DNA of 64,000 nt from Camelus ferus (lineage: Eukaryota). Below, piece by piece: positions 25,151 through 36,962 of the stretch (positions are counted from its first letter, which is position 1; each line of letters begins with the position of its first letter). The notes beneath the pieces are model-generated. The model had not been told where the DNA came from and searched no databases. It worked only from the letters and a program-made list of their open reading frames with translations. The translations under genes and the position numbers were made by a program. The stretch is taken from positions 35,218,001 through 35,282,000 of the forward strand of contig NC_045697.1 in the NCBI RefSeq assembly GCF_009834535.1, written 5' to 3'.

Positions 25151-27279
25151 GCATCTCTTAAAGGCCTTCTCAAGAAATATCAGAACACATATTCTATTAC
25201 ATACATAAATGACTTCATTTAGTGAAACATTTTTAAAAGACCCCAGTATGCATGATACTGTTGATATGAACAGGAGGGGCAAAGTCTCTTTTCTCATAAG
25301 AATTAGTATCGTGGGTGAAAACAGGTAAACAAATAATGTGTTGAAAGTGTTACCAAAAAGGCATTTGAAAATGCTGCAGGAGCTAAGACTGAGAAAAAAC
25401 ACTGAACAGAATGTTCAGCATATATAAGGATGCAGCCAGGACTAATTTCCTATGGTTTGATGTTCTGGGTCGGTAAACTTTCAAAATTCTATGTTATAAC
25501 ATCTTAAGAATGTGAAGTTCGCATTTCCTGCATAGATGAATAAGTATTTATTTTTTGGTCAATTTGAGGCTAATATTGGAAAACTGGCCTGAAGCTGTTA
25601 ATACTCCAGATTTCCAGCTTGCAAACTTCTAGCCTCTCAATAGCAGACCTCAAACTTGCTTCCATATCAGAAGGTACTTGGCTCTTGAGTCAAAGTTTTC
25701 AAAACATTTTTTTTCATGCAATACTTTTTCTTAAAAGGAACTCATGAATAATTATATAAATATTTACAGTTAGCTTGAATGTTAAACATTTGGTGGGAGT
25801 TCTTAAAATATGTATTTTTTAGACTTTAAAAGAATTTTAGGGCCCACTCTCTCAGGAGTTATTACAAAATGAATTATTCACTTTGTGGTTCTAATCTTAT
25901 AAAAATAACTTCAAAACTGAGATTGACATGTAGGACCCAGCTGCAAAAATTCAAAATCAGCTATGTGCAGCTGCACTCTGGTTCCCCTAATTCATTCTAA
26001 CAGCTTTCGGGGGGTTCTATAAGTGACACAGCAGATGTGCAAGATGGCTTCTGAAACCTAAAGTGGGACAGATGGTTCTCTGGTTGATTGACAGCATGAG
26101 GAGAACTGCAGCAAGGGTCACTTCCTGTGGAGGACTACTCCCCCCACCCACACCCCTGCTTCTGCCTGCAAATGAAAGGGTCATACAAGGAAGAAAAGCA
26201 GGGATGGCTACTGAGAAAGTCTGTTTTCAAATATTCATTGTAGTAAAAAGATTCTCAGCAAAATACAGAATCCCCTATATGTGGAAAAAATTCTCCTTCT
26301 CTAATCTTTGACAAAGAGTTGACTCTTTGTATAGTTACCACAAAGTAGATTCATGCTTGAACACAATACTCAGGATACTGGAGGTAGATCTGAGATTAAC
26401 AGAAGGAAGAAGTAATACAATTGGGATTTATACGCTACTGAATAGCATTGATTAGTACTGGACTAGTTCATCATTGGAAGCCCTATATTGCCCTTAAGAA
26501 TAAACTTCTTATTTTAAATTTTAATTAGAAATCTGCACAACTATTTGTAATTGTTAATCAGGAATTAGTAGTCTAGACTACACCTGTATGCTTACCCCTC
26601 TCTGTCTCTCCCTTCTTTTTTTTTTCCAAATTCCTTCTTAGTGCTTCAAATCTTCAAGAAAAGTAAAAAGAAACTCACATTCATTGCATGTAAACTAAAT
26701 GCTGGGCCCTGTACTAGGGGCTTTCTTATAACTTTATGTGATTGAGGGTCTCAGAGATATTAACTGACTCTTTCTTCTTAGGGTCATATTAATACAGAAA
26801 CATGGGCCCCTGATTTTATTGATGCTTCTCTTCATCTCTTCCGATGTAAAAGGGAAACCAAATACAAAATACGCCCCAGGAAAATATGTCCAAGCCTAAG
26901 TTAAGAATCATGCCAGAATTTCAAGATTTCTGCCTTCAACCCAGCTCTCAAAAGAAATTTACACAGTGGCATATGCAAGATTTCTCCATAGAAGAGACTC
27001 AGGAATAGCAAAGTGTTTGCAAGGAGGAACTGGAGCTGAACTGTCTTGAAACTTCATTTGCCTATTTGGAGCAAGCTACCAAATATTCCACTGAATTCAC
27101 ATTCTCCTGGGAAGCCTGTTTTTTGAAGGGTCTTCAATAAGTGCTGCACTTTGATAAAAGTCTGAAAAACAACAGTGGACCCTGTATCTGAAAAAATTTA
27201 GACTTTACTCCTGAGGCTTATGAACTAAACTGAGTTCTGACCATATGGATAGCAACCTTTCAGTTATCTCTTTCCATTC

Positions 27280-29035
27280 TCAAGCCAATCTAGAAGCAAT
27301 AAATAGCTGAATAAATGATACAGAAAAATGACTAAGTGATCTGGAAGACAGAATAATGGAAATCACCTAATCAGAACAGCAGACAGAATGACAAATTAAA
27401 GAAAATGAAAGCAACATAAGAGATCTGTAGCATAAAACAATGTATGCCAACCTACACATAGTAGGGGTTGCAGAAACAGAAGAGAGAGAAAAGGGGATAT
27501 AAAATGTATTTGAAGAAATTATGGATGAAAAATTTCCAAACCTAAGGAAGGTAACAGATATCCAGGTACAGGAAACACAAAAGGTCCCAAACAAAATGAA
27601 ACCAAACATATCCACACCAAGACATATCATAATTAAAATGTCAAAAGTTAAAGACAAAGAGAGGACTCCAAAGGCAGAAAGAGAAAAACAAAAAGTCAGT
27701 TACAAGGGAACCCCCACAAGGCTATTAGCTGATTTCTCTATAGAAACTTCACAGGTCAGAAGGGAGTGACATGACATATTCAAAGTCCTGAAAGGGAAAA
27801 ATCTGTAACCTAGGATACTTTACTCAGCAAGATTATCATTTAGAATAAAAGGAGAAAGAATTTATTAGACAAGCAAAACCAAAAGAATTCATCAACAGTA
27901 ACCATATCCTAAAAGAAATATTGAAGGGTCTTCCCTAAATAGAAAACAAGCAAGAACCTGTTGGAAAGGGAAAACCAAAATAGGAAAGGCAAATATATAA
28001 AAGGATTGAAAATCACTTAAATAAGCCAGTACATAGATTAAAAAGCAATCACACACTTTTTTTGTAAAGGTGATTATAACTATAATTAACAGCAAAAGAA
28101 TAAGTATAAAGATATAGGACAGAAAAATCACAGAATGTGGGGGAGGGGAGTATAAAAATGTAGATCTTGTAGAATGTGTTTGAACTTGTATGACTATCAG
28201 TTTAAAGCAAGTAGATATAGTTAATGGTCAACATACTTTAACTCCACGGTAATCACAAATCAAAAACATACAACAGATTCACAAAAACCAAAAAGAAAGG
28301 AACTCAAGGATATTACAAAAGAAAATTATCAAACCACAAAAGAAAACAACAAAAAGAATAAATGAACAAAGAACTACAAAAACAACTGTAAAACAAGGTT
28401 AAAAATAGCACTAAGTACATACCTATCAATGTCAATGGACTAAATGCTCTGATCAAAAAATAGTGACGGGGGTAGGGTATAGCTCAAGTGGTAGAGCACA
28501 CGTGTAGTATGCACAAGGTCCTGGGTTCAATTCCTAGTACCTCCTTTAAAAATAACTAACTAAATAAACCTAATTACCTCCTCCCCCCAAAAAAAAGAGA
28601 GAAAAGAAAAAAAAAATAGAGTGGCAGATTGGATTAAAAAAACAAGAACCTACACTATGCTGTCTATAGGAGACTCACTACAGGGTGAAAGACACAGATT
28701 GAAAGTGAGGGGATGGAAAAAGATATTTCATGCATATGGAAATGACAAGAAAGTTGGGGTAACTATACCCATATCAGACAAAGCAGACTTTAAAACAAAG
28801 ACCATAAGGAAAGATAAAGAAGGACACTATATACTGGTAAAAGGGGCAATACAAGAACAGCATATTACACTTACTAACATATATGCACCCAAGATAAGAG
28901 CACCTAAATATATAAAACAAATACTAACTGTATTTGTTGGTAGGAATGTAAATTGGTGTAGCTACTAGAGAAAACAGTATGAAGGTTCCTTAAAAAACTA
29001 AAAATAGAGCTACCATATGATCCCACTCCTGAGTA
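27280..29035 (+). mobile_element. L1 LINE: ORF1 3' half, ORF2 endonuclease start, internal deletion, ORF2 C-terminal piece
   Basis: ORF track gives L1 ORF1 (TPRHIIIKMSKVKDKER..YKGTPTRLLADFS) and ORF2 EN (LKVRGWKKIFHA..DKEGHYILVKG..NIYAP), then jumps near 28930 to VGRNVNW-type C-terminal sequence. Confidence 0.92.
28468..28612 (+). mobile_element. Camelid Vic-1-like SINE nested in L1
   Basis: gggtatagctcaagtggtagagc..ggtcctgggttcaattcctagtacctcc plus A-rich tail; interrupts the L1 ORF2 start. Confidence 0.9.
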
Positions 29036-30099
29036 CAAAGATTTATAAGCCAAGGTCTCTGTCTGAAAGGAGCTCTGTAACCGAGAAAGACAAGCAAGAA
29101 GATCACAAAAGAGAGGCAGAAAGACATTGTAGTGACAGAAGTATGTACAAAGTAAAGAAGTGCTAAGAAGGAGGAGTAATTAATTCTCTGGGGTGTGTTT
29201 CAGTGAAGGCTTCGCAAGGGGTAATGTGAAAAGTAGGATTTTGAAATACCAACAGAGCTGACAAGGCAGGGAGGAGGGTCGTGCCAGGGGGAACAGCATA
29301 GAGGAACTGTGAGTGCAAAGAGCTGCAGGCTGTGTTTCTTATTATGATGAATGCTACAATAGAAGAGAGTGAAGTTCAAGAGAACAGAGGCCAAGCCAAG
29401 CCATGAAAGGGCCTTATATTCTTTGCATGATAGGAGATTCCAAAACAACCTAAGAAAGGAACCACAGGACTGGATTTGTGTTTTAGATGGCTTGCCATCA
29501 GCTGCCTCTCCGAAATATGTCTGTGAGACAATAAATTTGAGGCAGTGAGATGAAATGAGGACTGTGGCAGTGGAGCTCAGAAAAAGAAAACAGAGGTTTT
29601 AGAAGTTAAACAAGCGGGTAGGGCTGATTGTTCACTGTTAACTTTCAGTACCTGGCTCGCAGCAGGCACTCAGCAAGTATTTGTAGAATGAATAAATGAC
29701 TAAATGGTGGTCGAGTGTAACAGCAGGACGTCTGATGAACAGAAGCCATGAACCCCACATTCAAATATAAACTTCCATTAATAGAACACTGAGCGGTTAA
29801 ACCTTCTTTTACGTGTGCTGTTTTAATTGTAACAACACTGTAAGGTAGGTCTTATCTCCATTTTTCAGATAAGAAATACCTGAGGCTCAGCGAGAGCAAG
29901 AATTTACCATGCCTGAGGTTCCAGAACTAGTCAGAAGCTAGGCTCAGAAGTCAGCCAGGCAGCCAACTGCGCATGCCTAATAATTACCAGCTACTACTTA
30001 GCCTAGAGCCTCAAAGAAACAAATGAACTACGTAAAGCCTAAAAACAGAGAAAGCCAAGAAAAGTCCGTAACACTCAACAAGGGTATAAAAGGGGGCTC

Positions 30100-30870
30100 C
30101 AGAACGTTCCTGCTCGCGGGTCACTGAAGATCAACGCAGCGCGTCGCAGCAGCTCAAAGCCAAGCCTCCGGCGCGGCGCAGGGAGGGGGTGAGCGGGGCG
30201 CGGGTCTGTAGGCTGGCGCAGCCGCAGCTTGGCCTGTGCGCGCCGCGGCCTTGTAGGGGAAGGGAGGAGGGACGAGCAGAGGAGGACGGCGCAGACAGAC
30301 GCAGGCGCAGACGTCTATTCCGAGGCTGCTCGCCCTTAGACTCCGCAGGGAGGTCTTGACGTCATTTCCTTCCTTAGGTCGCCAGTGCTTCCGGGTCGCG
30401 GTCATTTTGATCCCGTTTCTGGGTGACTTCTTGGTAGCCGCATCCTTGACCGCTCCCCACCCCCAACTCCTCTGCAATCCCGCCCTCCCCTCCCCCCCAG
30501 CCCCTCTCGGATCCCCTCCTAGCTTTCGCCCCTGGTCGCCCGCACTTGCCGCGCTGTTGCCCGCGCTGTCGTCGGGAGGTGGGTGAGGTGACGCAGAAAG
30601 CCCCGTTCCGGCGCCCATCTACCCACTCACCGCTTGCCCGCGGCCAGGCGCTCCCCTGCACCTTCCGCCATTTTCCCGCCTGCGAGGGTGGGCCGGTCGC
30701 GCTTTGGGTCTCGGGCTCCTGGGTGCCGGTGACCGGGTTGGTGAGGGAGCGTGTCTGGGGAGTGTTGGTGGGAGGAATTATTGGTGACGGATGTGTGTAG
30801 GTGTTGCAGGTGGGAGACGCAGTGGATGGGGGGATGGAGTGCGGGAATCGACGGTCATAGGACGAGGGGG
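30100..30870 (+). promoter_or_regulatory. OCIAD1: OCIAD1 CpG-island promoter
   Basis: CpG-rich. Perfect CRE TGACGTCA 30357-30364, ETS CTTCCGG 30388-30394, YY1 CCGCCATTTT 30665-30674, and upstream NRF1-like TGCGCATGCC 29968-29977. Confidence 0.85.
30380..30578 (+). other. OCIAD1: OCIAD1 exon 1 (5'UTR; TSS approximate)
   Basis: Ends gctgtcgtcgggag|GTGGGT. Splicing to cag|GAAAGATG at 31915 rebuilds the junction gggag-gaaagATG recalled from mammalian OCIAD1 mRNA. Confidence 0.75.
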
Positions 30871-31919
30871 GTGTAATTCAGTTTTTATTCTTTGGGATTA
30901 AGAGATTAAAATGATGCTGTTTAAAGGGGCTTTGTCAACCTTGGCAGTCTTTCTAGGTAGGATGCTGTTGTGGGAAATAAGGGATTTTTCTTTTACAGTT
31001 GTTTTGGTATATAAGTAGCTTACTCAGCAGTCTCCATCCATCCATCCATGAATTTATTCTTTTTGTTCTTTTTCTTTAGCCAAGGAATTGGTGCGTAGTG
31101 AGTCCTCAGTGATGATTTATTAAATAAGTGAATTGTGAAAGGGCCTCAGTTGCTATCCTCATCGCGTATGACATTTCCCGTTTTATTTAAATTTCTTTAA
31201 AATGGGAACAATCACGATCCTATGTGAACAGCCTGTAAAATACATAATTATCTAATCTGTTGGGCTCTTAAATCTGGAGGCATGGATTAAAAATAATAAG
31301 AGTATATGCTCTTTTTATATCTCGTATATTTTTCGAGGCCTCTCTTTGAGGAGGGAGGAAAGTTTAGAGGATACAGAATGTACTGTTAGCTTCACGCCAC
31401 AGGGAGAACGATATGACGTCTTTGTTATTTCATTTTTTTTTGAAGTCCTGCTTTGTGGGAGAGGTAGTATGTTTCCTGATGATTATTTCAATTTTTTAAA
31501 ATGGAAGCGCAGAAATGACTTGGGAATTCTCCTCTTTTGGAGTATTATCCTAGTAATTGGACATATATTTCTGAAAGGATCCAAACACAGGATAATGTGA
31601 AATAAACCAGCTTCAGGAGGAAAAATAATGTTTTTAAAAAATTTTTAATAACCTTTTGTATCTTAATTTGATAAAATCAGTTGGTAACTACTTAGCAAAG
31701 CATCTTTTCTTTTTCAATTAAGGGATCTAAATTATAGGTCTGTGACTTTTTTGTTTAGGTAAGTTTTTACGTTGAGTACTTCAGATGTCGTAGTGTTTAG
31801 TAAGTATTTGTTGATTGGCTGCCATGTAGACTAGTAATTTTATATACTATATCTTGATTTATTTTGACCAATCTCAATCGTTTCTAATACCTAACATAAA
31901 TGTTTTTGATGCAGGAAAG

Positions 31920-31977
31920 ATGAATGGGAGGGCTGATTATCGAGAGCCGAATGCAGAAGTTCCAAGACCAATTCCCC
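31920..31977 (+). CDS. OCIAD1: OCIAD1 coding exon (exon 2; exon begins 31915)
   Basis: MNGRADYREPNAEVPRPIP; acceptor cag at 31912-31914, donor GTAACT at 31978. Confidence 0.96.
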
Positions 31978-32054
31978 GTAACTATCAATTAAGTATTTAT
32001 AACTAGAAGCACTTTTTATGAAGAGAAATTTTCACTGCCTTGAGTAACAGTAGC

Positions 32055-32211
32055 CACTGGACTGGCTTCATGGGTCTGTGACCTGTGCAGTCACACACAG
32101 ATCCACACTTGGTTTAATGATGTCCTCTTGCCATTTTTAATTCTTAATTTGAACAAAGGGTTTCAAATTTTAATTTTCCTCTGGACCCAGCCCATTCTGT
32201 AGCCAGTCCTG
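32055..32211. mobile_element. MER91A-like hAT MITE
   Basis: ggcttcatgggtctgtgacctgtgcagtcacac...tgtagccagtcctg. Confidence 0.65.
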
Positions 32212-32404
32212 ACTACATAGCCAGTGAATGGTAACACAGACTTGCATGCTTGAAGTAAAGATTTGCTAAAAGTATACAAGCTACTCGTTACATTACTTAA
32301 TTTAAAAAAAAAAAGTATGTTTTATTAATGTATAGACAGGTAATTTTTTACACTTAGTTTTTCCGTGGATGTTTTAATGTTTGCCAATTTTCCTTGATAA
32401 AAAG

Positions 32405-32485
32405 ACATAGGGGCTGATTACATTCCAACAGAGGAAGAAAGAAGAGTCTTTGCAGAATGCAATGATGAAAGCTTCTGGTTCAGAT
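32405..32485 (+). CDS. OCIAD1: OCIAD1 exon 3
   Basis: HIGADYIPTEEERRVFAECNDESFWFR; AAG acceptor, GTAAGT donor; 81 nt. Confidence 0.96.
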
Positions 32486-32629
32486 GTAAGTTAAATTTTC
32501 TAATCAACAAAATCTGACTGTAGGACCTGAAATTACAATGATTTCATATAGAAAAAATGGGCAGACTTTTGGCATTAGTGTAGTTATTGCTAAAAGAAGT
32601 TGACTAAGGAAATAGAATTATATACATTT

Positions 32630-32726
32630 ATTTAAATTTTTTATTGAAATATAGTCGACGTGATAATATGTTAGTTTCAAGCATACTACATAGTAGTTTG
32701 ACATTTGCATACATCATGAAATGATC
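32630..32726 (-). mobile_element. 5'-truncated L1 3' end
   Basis: tttttattgaaatatagtcgacgtgataat..; 16-bp TSD agaattatatacattt/agaattgtatgcattt at 32614-32629 and 32727-32742. Confidence 0.75.
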
Positions 32727-35181
32727 AGAATTGTATGCATTTTAAAATAGTGATTTCTGGAACTTTTGTCAAGACCATGAAGTATTTTTGTTGGTTATTA
32801 ATAATAGCATTTAACTGATTGTACATGGATTATGTAAAAACAACCCAGTAAGGTTGATAACTATTACCCTCACTTTAAAGATGAAGAAATTGAGGTTTGG
32901 AGACGTTAAAGAGTTATCCAGTGTTACACAGCTGGTAAGCAGTGGTGTCTAGACTTGAAGCCAGCTCATGATTTTAACTCTTAAACTTTCAATCATTACA
33001 TGATAAAAACTGGTTAGTTTCTGTTTTATCATTGTGAGATGTTACTACATTACCAGCTGTTGATTTCTTACTAGAGACCTTATACATGAAGATTTTATTT
33101 TTAAAAACAGAATGCTGAAAGCAACACAAAACATAATCTTCCTTTTGAATAGAACCCTGTTGTTGATTGACTTGATCACTGCAATCCTTTCAGATAAGGT
33201 AATTCTAAAAAAAAAAAAAGCAAGATGGCATTTGTAAAGGGAGGAGGTAACTTATTAAAGAGGATGTACGTTTTCATCAGTCTGCCTGGTATTTATGTAG
33301 TGTGTAAGTTACTATGCTTGGAAGGTGTTTTATGAGACATAGTCTTTGTCCTAAAGTAGTTTTATGATGTAGTTGAAACAGAGCTAACTCATGAAGCACT
33401 TTGATAAAGATTAAGTGCATAACAGTGATAGAAATGTTAAAAAGAGATAAATAAATTGAAATTGATTTAGCTAAAAAGACATTGTTAAACAAGTGAGACT
33501 TAACTAATTGGACTTCAGGTGAATGAACGGTGGAGAAGCGTTTAGATGAAAGGAATAGTGAGCAAAGGCAGAATCTGCAATAACTTGATCTCAACTAGAG
33601 CTTTGAGGCTGAACTGATTGGAGCAGAGGTCTTTTATTGGGGGTAGAAAATAAACATAATACTCAGGAGTTTAAGGTTTGATTTATTATATATTGTAGGT
33701 TCTTGGGCCAAGGGGATGTGTAAGATTTTTAAGGAAACAGTTAGCAGTGTACAGGATGGGTTAGAAGGATGAGAAGGTGTACAACTCGTTGTCTCTTTGC
33801 CCAAATACACAGGTATTGAAAGAATCTACATAAAAGGGTTAGTTTAATGTGTATTATATTTTACAGTAGGTCTCAACCTCTGAAATTGCTGAAAAGGTGT
33901 ATGAATTCATATTTGTTTCATTCATCTTTTATAGGGTTTTGTGAATAATATTTCATACATGTGTACTTCTGGTTTTCAAATGAGACAGTATAGTGATTTA
34001 TAAGAGCATTGACTGAGGCCTGACTGTATGGATTCAAATTACAGCTCTATCACATATTAGCTTTGAGATTTGGGAGAAGTTCCTGATGTTTGTATGCTTC
34101 AGTTTCCCTATCTGTTACTTGGAGGTAATATTGACCAATCTCATTGGAATGTTCTAGGGATTAATTCAATTTAATTTGTTATAAATGTTAAGGTATTTTA
34201 TTAAATGGCTGTTAATGCTATTGTGATTAATAAAATAAAAGTTTCTGTTGAAAATAATGAATTTAGAGAAGCACTTTGCTAGTATAGGAGAAAAAGAGTT
34301 AAAGGAATTTTAGGAGTCCTTGTGTTGGATATGATTGGGACCATGGCCATAATACAGAATAGTGTCTGGTCAGCAGTGTTATTGAATGGCCTTAAGAAAC
34401 ATTATTTAATAGACTCTGTCTGCAGTAGGAATCATGTAGTGCAGTAGAAAAGGCCATTGACCTGGGAGTCAGGAGACTTGGGTTTTGATCTCAGCTGTAC
34501 CACAAACTAACCATTTGTGTTGCTTTGATCAAATGACTTGTTCTTTCTGGGTATCAGTACTCTGATTAGGATGAAGACTAGATAATCTCTGAAGTCTGTT
34601 TGAATTTTACCATTCTCTTTGACAATACATGAATTGGATAGATACCTTAGTTCTAATCTGTTACCTTTGATAGCATGAAAAGAAGTTAAGAGATTTATGC
34701 AAAGACCATGGTGAGTGGCAGAACTAGTGCTGGAATCTCCTTAACCAGATGATTACTCTTTGCGTCATACCATCTTGGCCTAGAAAGAAAGCAAAATGGG
34801 GAAAATATTGTCCATTGTAGAGATGGTCAACTAACTCATTGCCTTTTATTCTTATATGATTCTTCAGTGCTTCATGTTGCAATCCTTGAATTAAACTGAA
34901 GGAAAAAAATGATTGCAACTTGTCCTGATGCTATAATTAAAAGGACTTATCCTTTGAAAAACCTTAAATAATAATGCATGAAGACATTCCAACCAACCAC
35001 CATTAGATCATTTTTCCAGCAAATGTAAAATCTGTTTGTAAGGAGTAGAGCAAAGATTCAGAACTTAGGGTTTCTGCAAATTGTGTCTGATGGCAGTATT
35101 CCAGAGTTATGGATTTTAATCATGAAATCTCTATAATAATTCAGATGTCTTAATGACTTTGCTTAAATTGCCCAGACTAGA

Positions 35182-35496
35182 CCAGGGTTGAGCAAGCTAC
35201 AGTTCAAGGACCAAATCTGGTTTTGTATGGCTATAAGCTAAGAATGTGTTTCACATTTCTTAATAGCTGAAAAAAAAGTCAAAAGAAGAGTATTTCATTA
35301 CATGTGAAAATTACATGAAATTCATATTTTTGCATCCATAAAAAGTTTTACTGGAACACAGTTGTGTTCATTTGCTTATGTATTGTCTCAGTGCTTTTGC
35401 TTTAAAATGGCAGTTAAGTAGTTAGAACAAAGACTGGCCCACAAAACCTAAAATATTTACCACATGGCTCTTTACAGAACATTTCCTAACCCCTAG
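35182..35496. mobile_element. MER58-type MITE
   Basis: cagggttgagcaagctacag..ccaaatctgg..aaaatatttaccacatggctctttacagaa. Confidence 0.65.
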
Positions 35497-35555
35497 TCTG
35501 GAACTGCACTGTTCAGTGTAGCAGCCACATGTAGCTATTTCAATTTAAAATAACT

Positions 35556-36015
35556 TACAGCAGAAAAGATACAAAGGAAAATCAGCAAAGAGAAAGGAGT
35601 GTGGGTGAAATCCAGAGGAGACCAGGCACAAGCTTCTAAGTGTCCTCTCCCAGTGGGGTCACACAAAGAATGTGCTAAATTTCTCTATTCGCATGTTGTA
35701 GTAATACATGTGAAGTATTATCTACCAAAGAGTCTCGTTAGAGACTCAACACCCAGGGTTTTTATCAGGTGCTGGTCACGTAGGCACCCTCAGCCTGGCA
35801 GATAACAAAATTCCAGACTCCCAGAAGGAAAGGAGGTGTTTAGTGTGAACTGTATTTGTACAAATGGTTTGGCATAATGAGCCACTTACTATTTGGGTAA
35901 AGTTTTCTACCAGTTTACCAGTCAAGCTCCCAGATACAAGCTGAGGACCAACTTTGCAAGCCGGCCGTTGTAAGGAAAGCAGTCTCAGGGCTGCTGTGTT
36001 AACTTTTTCCTGCAT
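35556..36015. mobile_element. MER21-like ERV LTR
   Basis: aaaatcagcaaagagaaagg..tccagaggagaccaggcacaagcttctaagtgtcctctcccagtggggtcacac. Confidence 0.7.
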
Positions 36016-36908
36016 ACTACTGAACTGGAAAACAGATACAGACTGCTCTCATCGTTGAAGAAAATTCTTTTGGATAGTGTGGGTGTAGAAGACTGATTTC
36101 TTAAATTATGAGCCCCTTTGAAATTATGATGAGAGCTTTGGATTTTTCAGTTTGGGTTAATGTGCATATATACATCATATTTTCATTTGGTTTTTTTGGA
36201 ATTCACTAACTTAGGAGAAAGAGCATTAGTATTTAAAATACATGCTTTTTAATTCTTGCCCTGATCACCATATGATTTTGGGTAAATATATCTTGTATAT
36301 TGGTTCACTCAGTATAATATAGAACTTAAAAACTTGAGATCTGGTATCAGATAGAATTCACTGGCATCCAGAACCTGCCATTGAAGTGGCTGTGTGACCT
36401 TAAACAAATTACTTAACATCTCTAAACGTCAGTTTCCTTGTCTTTAAAAGGATAGTAATAATAATAATACCTACCTCATAGAGATGTGGTAAAAAGTAAA
36501 TGAGATAATGTACATTAGGCACTTAGCAGTTACTCAGTAGTGGCTCTTGTTATTTATAATATGCTTCTTGCCTCCCTCAACATTAATTTTTTCCACCTTT
36601 AACTCCAGAAGTAACTTTTGGTCAGTATTTACTATGTTGTTTTAATTGATGATGTTAGTGAATGGCTTTTAGAGTCTAAATCTGGGTGGTTCTTAAATGA
36701 TATTGTTTGATATTTTCTTAAATTTAAAATGCTTTTTATATTTCTCTGAATATATACAGTACAGCTTTTAAAAGTGGAAAAATCTCTTACAGATGTTAAT
36801 TGTGCCACTTACTTCCTAATTGGTTTTACTGATACATGTTTATTCTAATGAACTCAGACAAAATCTTTCCCTTTTGTTGGTGTTGACAAGTTCTTTTTCC
36901 CCCTATAG

Positions 36909-36962
36909 CTGTACCTTTGGCTGCAACAAGTATGTTGATTACTCAAGGATTGATTAGTAAAG
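36909..36962 (+). CDS. OCIAD1: OCIAD1 exon 4
   Basis: SVPLAATSMLITQGLISKG; tag acceptor, GTCAGT donor; 54 nt. Confidence 0.96.

Larger units (their letters stand above)
1399..27233 (+). pseudogene. Candidate decayed multi-exon protein-coding gene (unidentified)
   Basis: Repeat-free, stop-poor + strand blocks with protein-like translations, several with acceptor or donor motifs: ~1399-1884, 7374-8284, 10246-10765, 12648-13140, 15104-15944, 26034-26382, 26853-27233. Frames were chosen post hoc. Confidence 0.35.

Noticed and set aside
24833..25402. 189-aa minus-strand ORF
   Set aside because: Overlaps L2 remnants; non-ATG start and no exon structure.
30154..30800. Several ORFs on both strands (up to 154 aa)
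   Set aside because: GC-rich OCIAD1 promoter/exon 1 artefacts; the true start codon is at 31920.
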